Assembly (NCBI RefSeq): GCF_036588685.1
Contig: NC_086381.1
Location: 73,222,001-73,286,000, forward strand
Reading direction: 5' to 3'
Source of the DNA: Mytilus trossulus
Lineage: Eukaryota
DNA length: 64,000 nucleotides
A program made the position numbers and the translations under genes. The stretch's first letter is position 1, and each line of letters begins with the position of its first letter. The notes beneath the pieces are model-generated. The model was not told the DNA's origin, did no database searches, and was given only the letters and a program-made list of their open reading frames with translations. Positions 36,176-48,555 of the stretch are shown here, piece after piece.

Positions 36176-39100
36176 TTGTTCAGCATTCATAATTATTTGG
36201 GCAAATTTTATGAAGCCCAGATTAATATGGCAGATACATGTAAAATGATGTATATATATTCTTCTGGTTGTACAGAAGACATAAATGAAGTTTATTCAAA
36301 GTTACTAAGAAATATTGAGCACTATAGTCAACTTGGAGATATTGTAATTCAAGGTGATTTTAATGCATATACTAATACTATTCCTGATTTTGTTATCTCT
36401 GATGAAGCAAAATTCCCAAAATCAAAAGACAATGATTATTCAATTGACTCACATAATTTAAGGAATAATCTTGATTCAAAATCTGCAAATAAGAGTGGAA
36501 AGTTATTAATTGATTTATGTAAAGAATCCGGACTCAGAATACTGAACGGAAGAACTATTGGAGACCCTTTGGGCAAATGTACATGTATAACATATAATGG
36601 TTCCAGTCTTGTAGACTATACACTTGTGTCTTCTAATATATTACAATGCATTGGAAACTTTAAAGTTAGTGATTTTACTCCAATATCAGATCACTGTCCT
36701 ATCAGTTGCTCTTTACTTACTTGCTTTCAAAAATGTAAAACTATAGAGACAAAATTAGATCCTCTCCCTGGTAAATTTTTTTGGGATAACAAAGCAATGG
36801 ATTTTTATACTACAAACATTCAAAACTCACATGTAAAACAAAGACTAGATGAATTTGTAAATAATAAACAGATTGATTCTAATTCAGCTGTTGAAAAATT
36901 CAATGCTATTTTGTGTGATACAGCACTTTTATCAACTAAATTTGTTCAAAAGAAAATCATGAATAGGCCTATTAAGAAAAGTAAAAAACCATGGTTCTCA
37001 GACTCTTGTCATGACCTCCATACTACAGTTAAAAAGTACTGTTTACTTGTAAATAAGTTTCCAGACAACGGATCCTATAGAAAATCATTTTACTCATTCA
37101 AATCTAAATTTCGAAGAAGGTGTAAACAAGAAGAAAGAAATTACAAGAGTCAAATCTGTGACCAAATTTCACTAAATATGAAAAAAGACCCAAAGACATT
37201 TTGGAATTTACTTAACAAATTAAGTTCTCTTTCAGAAATAAAAGAGGAAAACCATTTTGATCAAGAATTATTTATAAACTACTTTAAAAAAATGAACAGT
37301 ACTTCTAACATCCAAAACAATAAATTCCATGACATAATTATTGAAAAATTAACAGCCTTAAAAAAGACACTAAATACATGCAACTCTGACAACGAATTTA
37401 ATAAACAAATCCAGCCAGCTGAAATTTTAAATGCAGTTAAAACACTTAAAAATGGTAAATCATCAGCTGAAGACTTAATTTCTAATGAAATGATTAAATG
37501 CGGTATGCCAGTATTATTAGAACCCCTATTAAAACTTTTTAACCTAGTATTTATGAAAGGCAGCTTCCCAAAATTATGGAACAAAAGTTTGATTACTTTA
37601 ATTCATAAAAAGGGGAACAAATCTGACCCCTCTAATTATAGAGGTATCTCATTGACTTCTAATTTGGGAAAATTATTCAATAAAATTATACACACTAGAC
37701 TAATGAAGTTTATTAACACTAATAATTTGATAAGTGAAAATCAGATTGGCTTCAAAGAAAAAGCTAGAACAGCAGATCATATCTTCTCATTAAAGTCTAT
37801 TGTAGACAAATATAAAACTAAAAAAAAGAAAATTTTTGCAGCATTTATAGATCTGCGAAAAGCCTTTGATACTGTCTGGAGAGAGGGTTTATTCTACATT
37901 CTACTCCAAAACAGACTTCCAGGCAAGCTTTTTAATGTCATCCAATCAATGTATAATGACAACAAATGCAGAATTAAATTTCAAAATGGTATGAGCCATG
38001 AATTTATATCAAATTATGGAGTAAAACAAGGGGATGTACTTAGCCCCACTTTGTTTAATATTTATATAAATGGCCTTGTAAATGACCTTGATCATGCAAA
38101 CACTCAACCAATTATTATAGGAGATGTTAAATTAACATCATTATTATATGCAGATGACATTATTTTATTATCTGAAACCCAAGAAGGGCTACAAAATGCA
38201 CTAAATGAGTTAACTAAATTTTGTTCCCTATGGAAACTTGATGTTAACAAACAAAAATCAAAAATTATAATATTCAATTCTAATGGAAAATCTCACTGTA
38301 ATTATTTTAAAGTAGAAAAAGAACATCTCGAGACTGTTAAATCTATTTGTTACCTTGGAATAACTATAAATTGTTCAGGAAGTTTAAGTCATTCAAAAAA
38401 AAATCTTATGGAAAAAGGGAGAAAGGCTTGGTTTAAAATTAAAAAAACAGTCTCTTTAGATAATTCCTGCAGTATGCTTGGAAAATTATTTGATACTTTA
38501 GTTGTTCCAATAACTCTTTATGGGAGTGAAGTTTGGGGTGTAAGCCAAGTGTTCAAAGATTCAGATCCATTTGAACATTTACATATTAAATTTATTAAAG
38601 AAATTTTAGGTGTACAGTGCAAAACAACAAATGTAGCCTGTTTAACTGAGACAAACAGAATCCCTTTGTACTTTAAAATTCAGCTTTCAGCTATAAAATT
38701 TCTAAACCATATTGTAAACTCGCCTAACACTTTAGTCCATAAAATATATAATAATGTAGAGAAAACAAGTAAATGGGTTAACATTGTAAAAGACTGGTTA
38801 AATAAATTAGGTTTTGGTCATCTCACTTTTGATACTTTTAATTTAAAATATCACATAAATAGTATCCAACAAAGAATCTATGACCAGGCTTATCAAATTA
38901 TAAATTGTTCTATCAATAAATGTGAAAAATTAAATTTCTTTTGTCATACTAAAAGAATTAGGAAAAGGCCCCCATATATTGATATATGTAAATTCAAAAC
39001 TGACCGATCAGTTTTCAGTAAATTTAAACTAAGTGCACATTCCCTAGCAATTGAAAGAGGGCGTTATACCAACATTGAAAGAAGTAAACGCATTTGCTTA

Positions 39101-39343
39101 TCCTGTAACAGACAAGAAATTGAGGATGAATACCATTTCTTCTCAATCTGTCCATGTTATTCATCATTAAGGGATACCTATATACAAAATATTAATAAAA
39201 ATTTTAATTTCAATTTTATTAAATTGCAGTCCACTATAACACTTAAGCATTTGACTGTACTTTTAAATAGCAGTCTACCAGTCATTATAAAAATCACCAT
39301 AAAGTATATTAATGATTGTCTTTTATTAAGAACATCTGTATAA
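36176..39343 (+). CDS. LINE ORF2-like endonuclease/reverse transcriptase, N-terminally truncated
   Basis: APE motifs GDFNA, VDY and SDH; RT motifs NYRGISL, FIDLRKAFD, GVKQGDVLSPTLF, YADD and YLG; C-terminal HSLAIERGRY...CLSC...EDEYHF...CPCY. The first ~29 codons are probably host flank. Confidence 0.9.
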   Translation: MFSIHNYLGKFYEAQINMADTCKMMYIYSSGCTEDINEVYSKLLRNIEHYSQLGDIVIQGDFNAYTNTIPDFVISDEAKFPKSKDNDYSIDSHNLRNNLDSKSANKSGKLLIDLCKESGLRILNGRTIGDPLGKCTCITYNGSSLVDYTLVSSNILQCIGNFKVSDFTPISDHCPISCSLLTCFQKCKTIETKLDPLPGKFFWDNKAMDFYTTNIQNSHVKQRLDEFVNNKQIDSNSAVEKFNAILCDTALLSTKFVQKKIMNRPIKKSKKPWFSDSCHDLHTTVKKYCLLVNKFPDNGSYRKSFYSFKSKFRRRCKQEERNYKSQICDQISLNMKKDPKTFWNLLNKLSSLSEIKEENHFDQELFINYFKKMNSTSNIQNNKFHDIIIEKLTALKKTLNTCNSDNEFNKQIQPAEILNAVKTLKNGKSSAEDLISNEMIKCGMPVLLEPLLKLFNLVFMKGSFPKLWNKSLITLIHKKGNKSDPSNYRGISLTSNLGKLFNKIIHTRLMKFINTNNLISENQIGFKEKARTADHIFSLKSIVDKYKTKKKKIFAAFIDLRKAFDTVWREGLFYILLQNRLPGKLFNVIQSMYNDNKCRIKFQNGMSHEFISNYGVKQGDVLSPTLFNIYINGLVNDLDHANTQPIIIGDVKLTSLLYADDIILLSETQEGLQNALNELTKFCSLWKLDVNKQKSKIIIFNSNGKSHCNYFKVEKEHLETVKSICYLGITINCSGSLSHSKKNLMEKGRKAWFKIKKTVSLDNSCSMLGKLFDTLVVPITLYGSEVWGVSQVFKDSDPFEHLHIKFIKEILGVQCKTTNVACLTETNRIPLYFKIQLSAIKFLNHIVNSPNTLVHKIYNNVEKTSKWVNIVKDWLNKLGFGHLTFDTFNLKYHINSIQQRIYDQAYQIINCSINKCEKLNFFCHTKRIRKRPPYIDICKFKTDRSVFSKFKLSAHSLAIERGRYTNIERSKRICLSCNRQEIEDEYHFFSICPCYSSLRDTYIQNINKNFNFNFIKLQSTITLKHLTVLLNSSLPVIIKITIKYINDCLLLRTSV

Positions 39344-39593
39344 CTTGTATTTCTTTTAATATGCAATGCCAACCTAATTTTTGTTTGTGTTCTTTTTTCA
39401 ATTGTTCATGAACATTAATAATGTGTTAACTGTTGATATTTATAGCCTTTTTTCTTCTTTGCTGTGAATACCACTGTCACTCTAATATAATTGTAATCAA
39501 TTTAACTATTGTACGTTTATTGTCTTAATTTTGTATGCCATAACCATTTAATGTAAATGTGTTTGTGCAAATAAAATATTGTCTATTGTCTAT
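36263..39593 (+). mobile_element. 5'-truncated non-LTR retrotransposon (LINE) with APE endonuclease remnant, RT and C-terminal zinc knuckle
   Basis: Uninterrupted ORF, ~250-bp 3' UTR, AATAAA near 39570 and a short (TTGTCTA)2 tail. Candidate TSD ATATTCT at 36256-36262 and 39598-39604. Clade (RTE-X/CR1-like) not resolved. Confidence 0.9.
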
Positions 39594-39859
39594 GTACATA
39601 TTCTGTATAAATCCAATGATTGGACTTCAAAAAAATTCATTGTTAATATTTCAGTCATTTCAATAATCAAGAAACATTAAATGACATACCAGAACCTAAG
39701 ACTACTATAACACAAACAAATGTGTGACACTGTCTATTGAACATGTTGAAGCCCACCCCCCTTAATTCGAAATATGTAAATAAAATCATGTTTCTGTAGT
39801 TTCAACAGTAATTTATAAACAGACCAGTAAGTTAATTCATATTTTTACAATAAGGTAAA

Positions 39860-40325
39860 ACTCACTTAATAATCTTTTGCTAAATAACATGATGAGGATT
39901 GAGAGTTGTTACCGGTAAACTGTTGCACTCTAGAGAGTTTGTGGCATGCCGACGACAACTTGTTTACAAATTGCATCTCGTTGGGTTGGTGTAAACCGCA
40001 AGTTAGTACCCGCGGAAAAGATTATATTATATTATTTTGTATATAATATATTCGATCTTTCATTTGCAATATATAATTCTTTATATTTCAAAAAAAGTTA
40101 ACCTTGTATTTCTATCATAAATTGAGCTTAACCGTCTAAACACATATTTTTAAATGAAAATTAATGTAAATAATTATCGGGAGTGTGCTCACCGTAAAGA
40201 AGAGCACAAGCACCTGCGAGATTTGACGTGACTTAGAATTGTTATGACGACGTGTATACAATTTCACGATATGATGGCTCACCAATAAAAAATGATTAAA
40301 ATTTTATAAAAATAAAAGGTAAGTA
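39860..40325. promoter_or_regulatory. Probable bidirectional promoter and first non-coding exons of the coiled-coil gene (-) and the TEX52-like gene (+)
   Basis: Locally CpG-richer sequence. Plus-strand donor AG|GTAAGT at 40318/40319; minus-strand donors at 40192 (G|GTGAGC) and 39865 (A|GTGAGT); TGACGTGA at 40224-40231. Both genes have an acceptor just upstream of their ATG and so need an upstream exon. Confidence 0.55.
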
Positions 40326-40439
40326 TTTTGTAAATGAAAATTACGTCAGAACTTAAATTCACGTTATTATCTTTCTAAGTAAATTATAGTGTCTTATTTT
40401 TGTAATCTATCGGAAATTTTTCATATTTAAACCTGAGGC

Positions 40440-40473
40440 CAGAGACATATATAATACATATTATATGTCTCTG
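40440..40473. mobile_element. 34-bp hairpin insertion with 7-bp TSD (micro-MITE or transposon footprint)
   Basis: CAGAGACATATA...TATATGTCTCTG (12-bp perfect arms), flanked by CTGAGGC at 40433-40439 and 40474-40480. Confidence 0.7.
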
Positions 40474-41196
40474 CTGAGGCTGAGACTTGTTACAGTAGTC
40501 TGAGATGAAACATGTACAATGAATATTGAAGATTATAAACTAACATTTTTCGATGTGTTACAGCTCAGCTACAATACTAAAATTATATATTTGAAAGAAT
40601 ATTTTGCAACATTTTGATACAGATATGGGAGATAACCTTGTAAACCTAATGTAAATTTAAACTGTTAAACAGAATAAAGCTTATTTTATAGAAAAATCTT
40701 GGGGTGAACACCATCAGCAACTTCTACCAAAGATCCAAAGACTCATAGACACCATTGCGCTTGAATATTGAAATTTCCATGGTTTTAATAAAATATACAA
40801 AATACAATAAAAAACAATATCAATTATATACATGATATAAAATGTTAGTCAGAGATTACTCTGACTTCCGCTTGAACAAGATAAATATAAGACCATATAA
40901 GTGTATGAACAAAAAAAAAAGTATTATTTACAGTGGCGAGATACTATTTACTTCTAAGCCTTGCTTCTTTGTCTCTTACTGTAATATATTCGTTTATAGA
41001 TAGTGAGTACGAAGAGCCTGACAGTCAGATTCTTATTGAAATGCTTAAATTACCAAACTATTTTCCATTTCATAAAACCAAAGATTTGTTTACTATACAA
41101 ATCCTTGATAAAACTTGACCATTGATGGCTAATTAACTCTTAGTTAACCAATATAATTCTTTCCATTTCAGAAAATTTGTCCTCTGACAAGCTGTG

Positions 41197-42507
41197 ATGT
41201 CAGCTAATGTCATTATGCCGACCATTGAGGAGAGGGAATCTTTAATGAGAGAAAAAAATCCAAAATACACAGGATTTACACCAAGACCAACAGAAAAACT
41301 TGCTTCGAGGAGAAAACCTAAATCTATGCTTGACATTGAATGTAGTCACTATCTTAGGACAGACCATGAACAATTTGTACATGGTCATCCTCATATGGGA
41401 TATAAACTATGGTTGGAAGCAGGGAAGCATGCACCACCATTTCCTTTAAATTCAGACTCAAATTTCAACAGTAATGTGTGGAGAAATTTTAGAAAGGAAT
41501 ATGGGTTTCATAATACTGCTGAAGGAAGAAAAATTGGGGATATAATAGCAACAATGTACCCATTGAACATTCCTGCTCCATCTAGAGTTGGTGCTCATAC
41601 ATTTGATAAATATTTACGGGAGTCTAAAGTATTCAGAAATGAAAAGTTTGAGGCTCTGGCAATTAATAGGACAAGAGCAGATGTTAAAGATTTCAAACGT
41701 TTACGAGTAAAAAGTGATGCTCGAAATCCACCACTCGATGAGTTAGGTAAGATCAATTCAGGACACACCGTGTTTAAATTTTTTTTGGGGGTTTTTGGAA
41801 ATGTTTAAACAGGCCAGTGTCAAATGTTTTGGAGACATTTAAACCTTGCAGTCAACTTACTGAAGAAAAAAAATCTGATTATTTTACAAGATACTCAAAA
41901 GAAATTTTCAGAAAGATTACAAAAATAAAAAAAAAACTGAATTATTGGTAAGGTACATAATGTAATTAGCCAACACCAATCAGACTGGTGCATACATGTA
42001 CATGATAAAGAGAAACTGTATATTGTAATTACAAATGTAACCTATTGCTTAACCCTTTCATTTGTACTTTTGTAAATTGTAATTGACAAAGAATATATCA
42101 TATATATCGCATAACAATTGCTTGTGTTTAACAATTATTTTATCTTCATAACTGAGATGATCTCAATACATGTAGTTGTTTAATATAATCTTCCTATTTA
42201 CATTTTAGGCAATATTCTTCCACCAGAAAATTTCAAGAAGTATGAACACCGATTTATACCCCCACCACCAGCTCCACCGACGCCTCCACCAGCCAACCAG
42301 AAAATAGATTCATTAGGACAGAAATATGTTCCACGTTCAGAACCATTACTATGGAAACTGTCTTACAAACTTAATCATCCAAGCTATGATAAAGTGAATG
42401 AAGGAATAAAAAAACGACGTGCATTGGAAGAAATGGCGAGATTAAACCACCCTGAAGGTTCACCTTTACCACAAACATTCCCGTCCCCAATTCCTCAAAA
42501 TTTATAA
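41197..42507 (+). CDS. TEX52: Testis-expressed protein 52-like (DUF4532 family), ~282 aa, 2 coding exons
   Basis: Exons 41197-41746 and 42209-42507 (G|gtaag...tttag|GC, phase 1), 849 nt. Motifs YKLWLEAG...NSNVWR and ARNPPLDELGNILPPENFKKY resemble vertebrate TEX52 as I recall it (no search run). Confidence 0.8.
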
Positions 42508-45313
42508 CTAACGCTTCAAACTTTTAGTTATTTTTACTAAGGATTCTTATGACTTGATATTGTTTAAGTTTTTAACTTATAATTGAAAATGTTAATAAAC
42601 AATTTACTTCAGTCATAAGATTAGATGCTCTGTGAATAGAGATTGTTTCTGAAAAGATGACAGTTTTCTAATAGCACTGTGGTTCAGTCAACTGGCAAAT
42701 TTGATTAAATATCTGAATAAATTTACCATTTGAGTTTAAAAAAAAATCTAGCAAAAGAGAAAAAAATCACCAGTTAGAGTGAAAATTACTAATGTGTGTG
42801 ATTTGAATTTAATTATGATGACCACTTCTTCCTTAATTAAAAAATCTTTATAAGGATAGAAACATCATAAGGTTTACACAAATTTATTTTATTGTCATGA
42901 TTTACATGTATTTATAAATAGATTTAATATTAAAGTAAAAAAAATCATAAATTGACAGTAAAACTATAAATTTACAGCAACTTTCTTATTTTCTAATACA
43001 CAATTTTTTTAATTACAAAATGTACTAACCAAATATTTCCTGGCATAATACATGTGTTTTTGTAGATATTAATGCTGAATTAAGATGTTGTTTAATTTGG
43101 GATCAAGGGAGATAATTACAGTGTTTCTTTTAAAATTGAATTTTTCATATTATGGATAGCGTGTGTAATCATGATGTAGAATGATGTACATGTAGATTGT
43201 ATTATATTGTTGGAATTCATTTAATTAGAACAACTTTTTTGTTGATGCAATATCTTTTCACATTTTGTGATTTATGTTTTGAAAATTGGCATTTGAGATG
43301 TTTTACATTGTGTAAAATATTTTTTCTTGGTATAGGGAATGTTTTGTAAATTAAAAATAATGTGGAAAACTTTTAAAATATTTTTATAATGTTGTATTAT
43401 TATGTCAGATGTTTTAGCAGTTCAGAAATATGGTCAGTTTTGATTTTAAACACACCATCAATATTATTAATATTTAAGATTTTTTTACAACAAATTTATG
43501 TTTAACAAATAACCATCAATATGTATTTTCTTATTGTACTTTCTAAAAAAAAAATTTCAAGATCTAGAAATAAAGGATAAAATCTTTAATACAAATTTAA
43601 ACGATGTTTCATAGATAAAAATGAAATAAAATAGATACATTAGTAGATGATCATTTGTCAAAATTTCAATAACTTATCTGTCAAAAATTTTTGTTGCCAA
43701 AAATAAATCAGTATTAAAACCATACATGTAAGTCTTTTATTATATATATACATTATAGGATATAAATATGTAACAATTATCATATTGGTCTTCCCTGTAT
43801 TTTCAAATAGCACCATATGGTTTGAAATGAATCTGTTTCCATAACATTATAACACTGAATTTTAAAAAGATTTCATTTTATAATCTATTCAAATAGCAAC
43901 ATAATACATGGGGAGAACGCTGATTATTAATTAAAAAATCATCATCCCATAGTATTTTAAGGAGATTGAGGGGGATCAGATACTTAGCATATTTTCCCCA
44001 GATAATAATTACTGCAATATAGTTGTTGTTGTTGTTTGCTTTAAAATGATTGAATTGTTCTTTAAGATGTTTTTTGTTATGATTGTATTTTTCACAAGAT
44101 TGTTCAAGAGTGTGTTAAACTTTATTTTTGTAATTCTTTAATTTCATAATTTTTTAATTAGATTTATAGTGCTTTTAGTAAGAATACTGCTGATTAAGAT
44201 AAACTGTGATAAATAAGTATTTGTTTGTAACAAAAGATTGAAATAGAACATTTATAATACTTGGTTGAAAATTTGTCAACTTTTTTTTATAGATTGCTTT
44301 TAATTCTGTGAAACAGACAGTCTAAGTTAACAATATAATTCTTCACTATAGAAAAATATTATGCAAACAATTAAAAAATCATAAAGGATTGAAATAACAC
44401 ATTATACATATTTTAAATGGATTTGAAATCTAGTTTTCCACAATAATAAAAAAAAAAGTAATGAGTTATCTCCCATTTTCAGTAGTAAGCTTATGTGTTA
44501 ATGGGAGTATTAAGTTTGGTAAACTGAGAATACATTAGTGTTTTAGAAGTTTTATTTTGGAAGAGTGATTTTTTAAATAAAAAATATGTTTCTTTTGGCT
44601 TTAAATAGTTTCAAATATGGAACTGAAAATTTAAATTCAGTATTTTGAATTATATTTCAACCAAAAAAGATATTTTTATCAACAACTATGAGTCCATGAT
44701 ATAGCCTTTTTGTTCTGATGTGGAATAAAGCATTCATCAAGCAATCAATTTTATCAACAATGAATAACCTGCTGCTTTATAAATAAAAACACTATATGTA
44801 TAAAATGTAACACTGTATGTTTAGGTAATTAATATGTGTGTTTTGCTCAGTAAACAGATGTTATTAACTAGTCCAATAATTATGTGATTGTTTTCATCAG
44901 TGGTTATCTATGTCATACATAAAGGTACACATACATCATACACCCTGTAATTGAAAGTATTGTTAAAATAGAGACAATCTGTCATATATAGCAGAAATAT
45001 AGTACTCATTTGAATCAATTTTTATCCCACACCTAGGGACATAATGTTTTTCGGTCCTCCATCTTTCGCTCTCCAGGTGAAAGTGCTTGATCAAGGTAGT
45101 TTTTGATGAAGTTGATATTCCAATCAACTTAAAACTTAGTTCACAAAAAGTGACATGTTCCTATAATATGATCTTTTTAATTTTAATGCCAATTTAAAGT
45201 GTGATTGGTGCATGCCTGTGTTATTGACACATAATTGTTATTTTTCTTTTCAAGAATTTCTTTTTATTAAAAGAACCAAGTTTAGTTTTAAACTGGTAGT
45301 CTTTGCATGACAC

Positions 45314-45670
45314 AGTAAATCTTTAGTAGATACTGAGTGACCGAGGCATAAAGAGTCCCTTACTGCTGAGTGACCGAGGCATAAAGAGTCCCTTACTGCT
45401 GACTGACTAGCCCTATGTTCTATAAACAGTAAATCTTTAGTAGATACTGAGTGACCGAGGCATAAAGAGTCCCTTACTGCTGACTGATTGCCCTATGTTC
45501 TATAAATAGTAAATCTTTAGTAGATACTGAGTGACCGAGGCATAAAGAGTCCCTTACTGCTGACTGACTAGCCCTATGTTCTACAAATAGTAAATCTTTA
45601 GTAGATACTGAGTGACCGAGGCATAAAGAGTCCCTTACTGCTGACTGACTAGCCCTATGTTCTACAAATA
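45314..45670. repeat. ~80-bp minisatellite, 4 copies, the first with an internal ~35-bp duplication
   Basis: agtaaatctttagtagatactgagtgaccgaggcataaagagtcccttactgctgactgactagccctatgttct starts at 45314, 45428, 45508 and 45589. Confidence 0.92.
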
Positions 45671-46599
45671 TACATGCTCCAATGTTTAGATTGTATCCTT
45701 TATATGTAATATAGATTCCAGTATTTGTTTTTTTGCTGTTATTGTTTTTGACATATTTATATTTTTACCTCATATTTTAACATTCTTATTCATATACATT
45801 GTACTGCTGAATAAACTATTTTCTCTATTTTATTATTTCTTAATTTGTATGCCCCATTTATGGACATTATATATGTTTTCTGGTCTGTGCATCTGTTTTC
45901 TGTTTGTTTGTTTATATATCTGCCTGCTTCTTGTTAAAGTTGTTGTTTAAGTATTTTTTGATGAAGTTGAAGTCCAATCAACTTGTCACGTAGTACACAT
46001 GTACCCTATATATGATATGATCTTTCTAATTTTAATGCCAAATTAGAGTTTTTTCTCCCATTTTCATGGTCCACTGAACATAGATAATGATAGTGTGGAT
46101 TTGGCATCCATGTTCTATGGACAGTACATTCTTGTTTTTAAAGCCTCGATATTTATTGACATACTGACTCCGTCTTTCATGTCAGATACCTCGTCTTAGG
46201 TCATATAAACTGGTAATTGGTAGAGTATCGATTGACATTGAGTAATTTACACTGGTTTGACAGGTTGGTTTTCTTATTTAGCTTAAACCAAATTGAAATG
46301 CAGATCTTCATGATGAATAAAAAAAGGCTAAAAGATAGTAAACTCTTTTAAAGTCTATCATTTAGTATATAAAAATAAGGATATGTGGTATGATTGGCAA
46401 TGAGACAACTATAATTACCAAAGTTCAAATCAAGCGAATTTAAGCAATTATAGACAACCTTAGTTTTCAACAAATAGAAAAACCCTTACTGTATAGTATG
46501 CCAAGCAGAAATTGTCTTATTTATGAAAGAATTTGATCCAATGTTACTGTAATATGGAGAGAAACAAGGGAAGTAATTCTTGCGATAATTCTGTCAATT

Positions 46600-47960
46600 G
46601 AGACCTATCTTGTTTTTGATGTCTTCCTTGACGGAGTCATAAAGCAATACATAGATATGCTGCTTCCGGTGTCATCATTCACAATGTATTAATTTGCGAT
46701 TAGGTATAGTCTATGGTGAACCACAAGTGGCAGGTCAATGATATTTGGTATGCAGTTGTTTTAGCATTGGCTCATCTCATTTCCATGGAGATTATTTGAT
46801 CCTGCCCCCTCAGTCATGGTCTAATGACTTTGAAACTTTTGCTTAGTTTACATGTACGAGTTTGTGATTGGGTCAGTTTATGGGGAACCACTAGTGGTAG
46901 GTCAATGATATTTGGTATGTAGTTGTATAAGCATTGGCATATCTCATTTTCATGGAAAATATTTGGCCCGCCCCCTCTGTCATGGTATATTGACTTCGAA
47001 ACATTTGCTTAGTTTGCATGTTTTAGTTCGTGTGATTAGATGAACTGCTAATGTTAAGTCAATGATATTTGGTATGGAACTTATTGGTATTTGTAAGTTT
47101 TATTTCCATGAAAATCATAAAATCCAAACCCCTGGTCATGGTTTATTGACTTTGAAATTTTATATCTATAATACTAAAATTACGAGGTCCAAATTATCAG
47201 CCGTCATCACGTAAAAACGACAAATCACAGAATTCAACTTTATATATAACTAATATAGTACAAAGGTGTAGATTAAAAATTACACCACTCCAGGCCCTTT
47301 TGTCCTCCACGTAATTAATATTGCCAATAATTAAGAAGTTCCGGGTCGAGTCCGATACTGATACCAATAGTATATTCACCTGTTACCTATTATCTTATCT
47401 GTACGTCCCGAATCTGACAGGCGCACCACCAAACGGTGTATTTAGGACTTATATGCTATATACACTTCAATTCGTTAGAGGGCATGACGTAAAACAGCGA
47501 ATCAAAGAATTCAACTTTTTTTTATAACTAATATAGGACAATGCTGTTGATTAAAAAAGACTCCATTCCAGGACCTTTCGTTTTCCAAATAATTAATATT
47601 ACCAATAATTGATAAGTTCCAGTTCGACGGGTTTAAACAGAAAGATTTGAAAGCAGAGAAAAACTGTGTATCTTATAATCGGCATGACTTTATCAGATGA
47701 CAATACTAATACTAAAATAAGGCTTGCGCATAGTTATATACTTTAATTCAGTCACGAACCCGTAATATCACGGGTGTGTTCTAGTAGTTTAAAAAATTAA
47801 TGTTTGTGTAAAGGTCTGTTTAAAGGGAACTATTTATGATAAGTCAATAGTATTTGGTAGACAGTTGTAATAACATTGGCACATCTCATTTCCATGGAGA
47901 TTGTTCAACCATGTACCTTCAGTCATGGTTCATTGACTTTGAATAATTGTCTCACTTATG
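46600..47960. mobile_element. Degenerate HINE-like element with ~170-bp internal repeats, hosting a Helitron
   Basis: ggtcaatgatatttggtatg...catctcatttccatggaga...gtcatggt...gactttgaa units recur on both sides of the insertion at 47165-47784. Confidence 0.6.
47165..47784 (+). mobile_element. Non-autonomous Helitron, 620 bp
   Basis: 5' TC (tctataatact), 3' hairpin ACCCGTaatatcACGGGT followed by CTAG, inserted between A47164 and T47785 with no TSD. Internal ~277-bp duplication (47211 and 47488). Confidence 0.85.
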
Positions 47961-48555
47961 TAACATCCATTATTATTTTAATTTCAACATTTGCATAATC
48001 AAAACTACAAAAAAGACATGGAGAGTTGTCTCATTGGCACTCACACCACATCTTCCTATATCTATATCTCTGGATTACAGTTTATGGAATTTGGTGCTGA
48101 TTGCAGATCTTGAACAGCTTTCCTTTCATTCACAACCTTTCTAGACTTTGAGCAGCTATTGCCATATAAGAACCTTGTGCATACGTTGTTGAAGATAATA
48201 AATGTCTATTTTTGTCAAGACTTCTGTCGCAGAAGGCTTGACATAGAAATAGTGATCTGCTAGCAACAGCTTTAGTTAACTACTATAAAGCTTTATATTT
48301 TAGAAAGTGGAATACCATACTTGGTATATAGAGATGCCTTATTTTTTGAAGTTTCTGTCTGTCAAAGGCCATTGTCTTGACCTCATTTTCATGGTTCAGC
48401 AACTACATAAAAAAAGTGATTTTTTGCAATGTTTATTAACGAGTCTGAGGTAAATTTTGACTAAGGGTACTGCATACAGAAATGAGTGACAGATAATGGA
48501 ACTGGGGAGAGACCAATCAGTGACTATCTTTTACATCATAACCTTAGAGTAAGGC

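Noticed and set aside
41747-41808. C-terminal part of ORF 41194-41808
   Set aside because: This is intron read-through after the G|GTAAG donor. The conserved-looking GNILPP motif continues in the exon at 42209.
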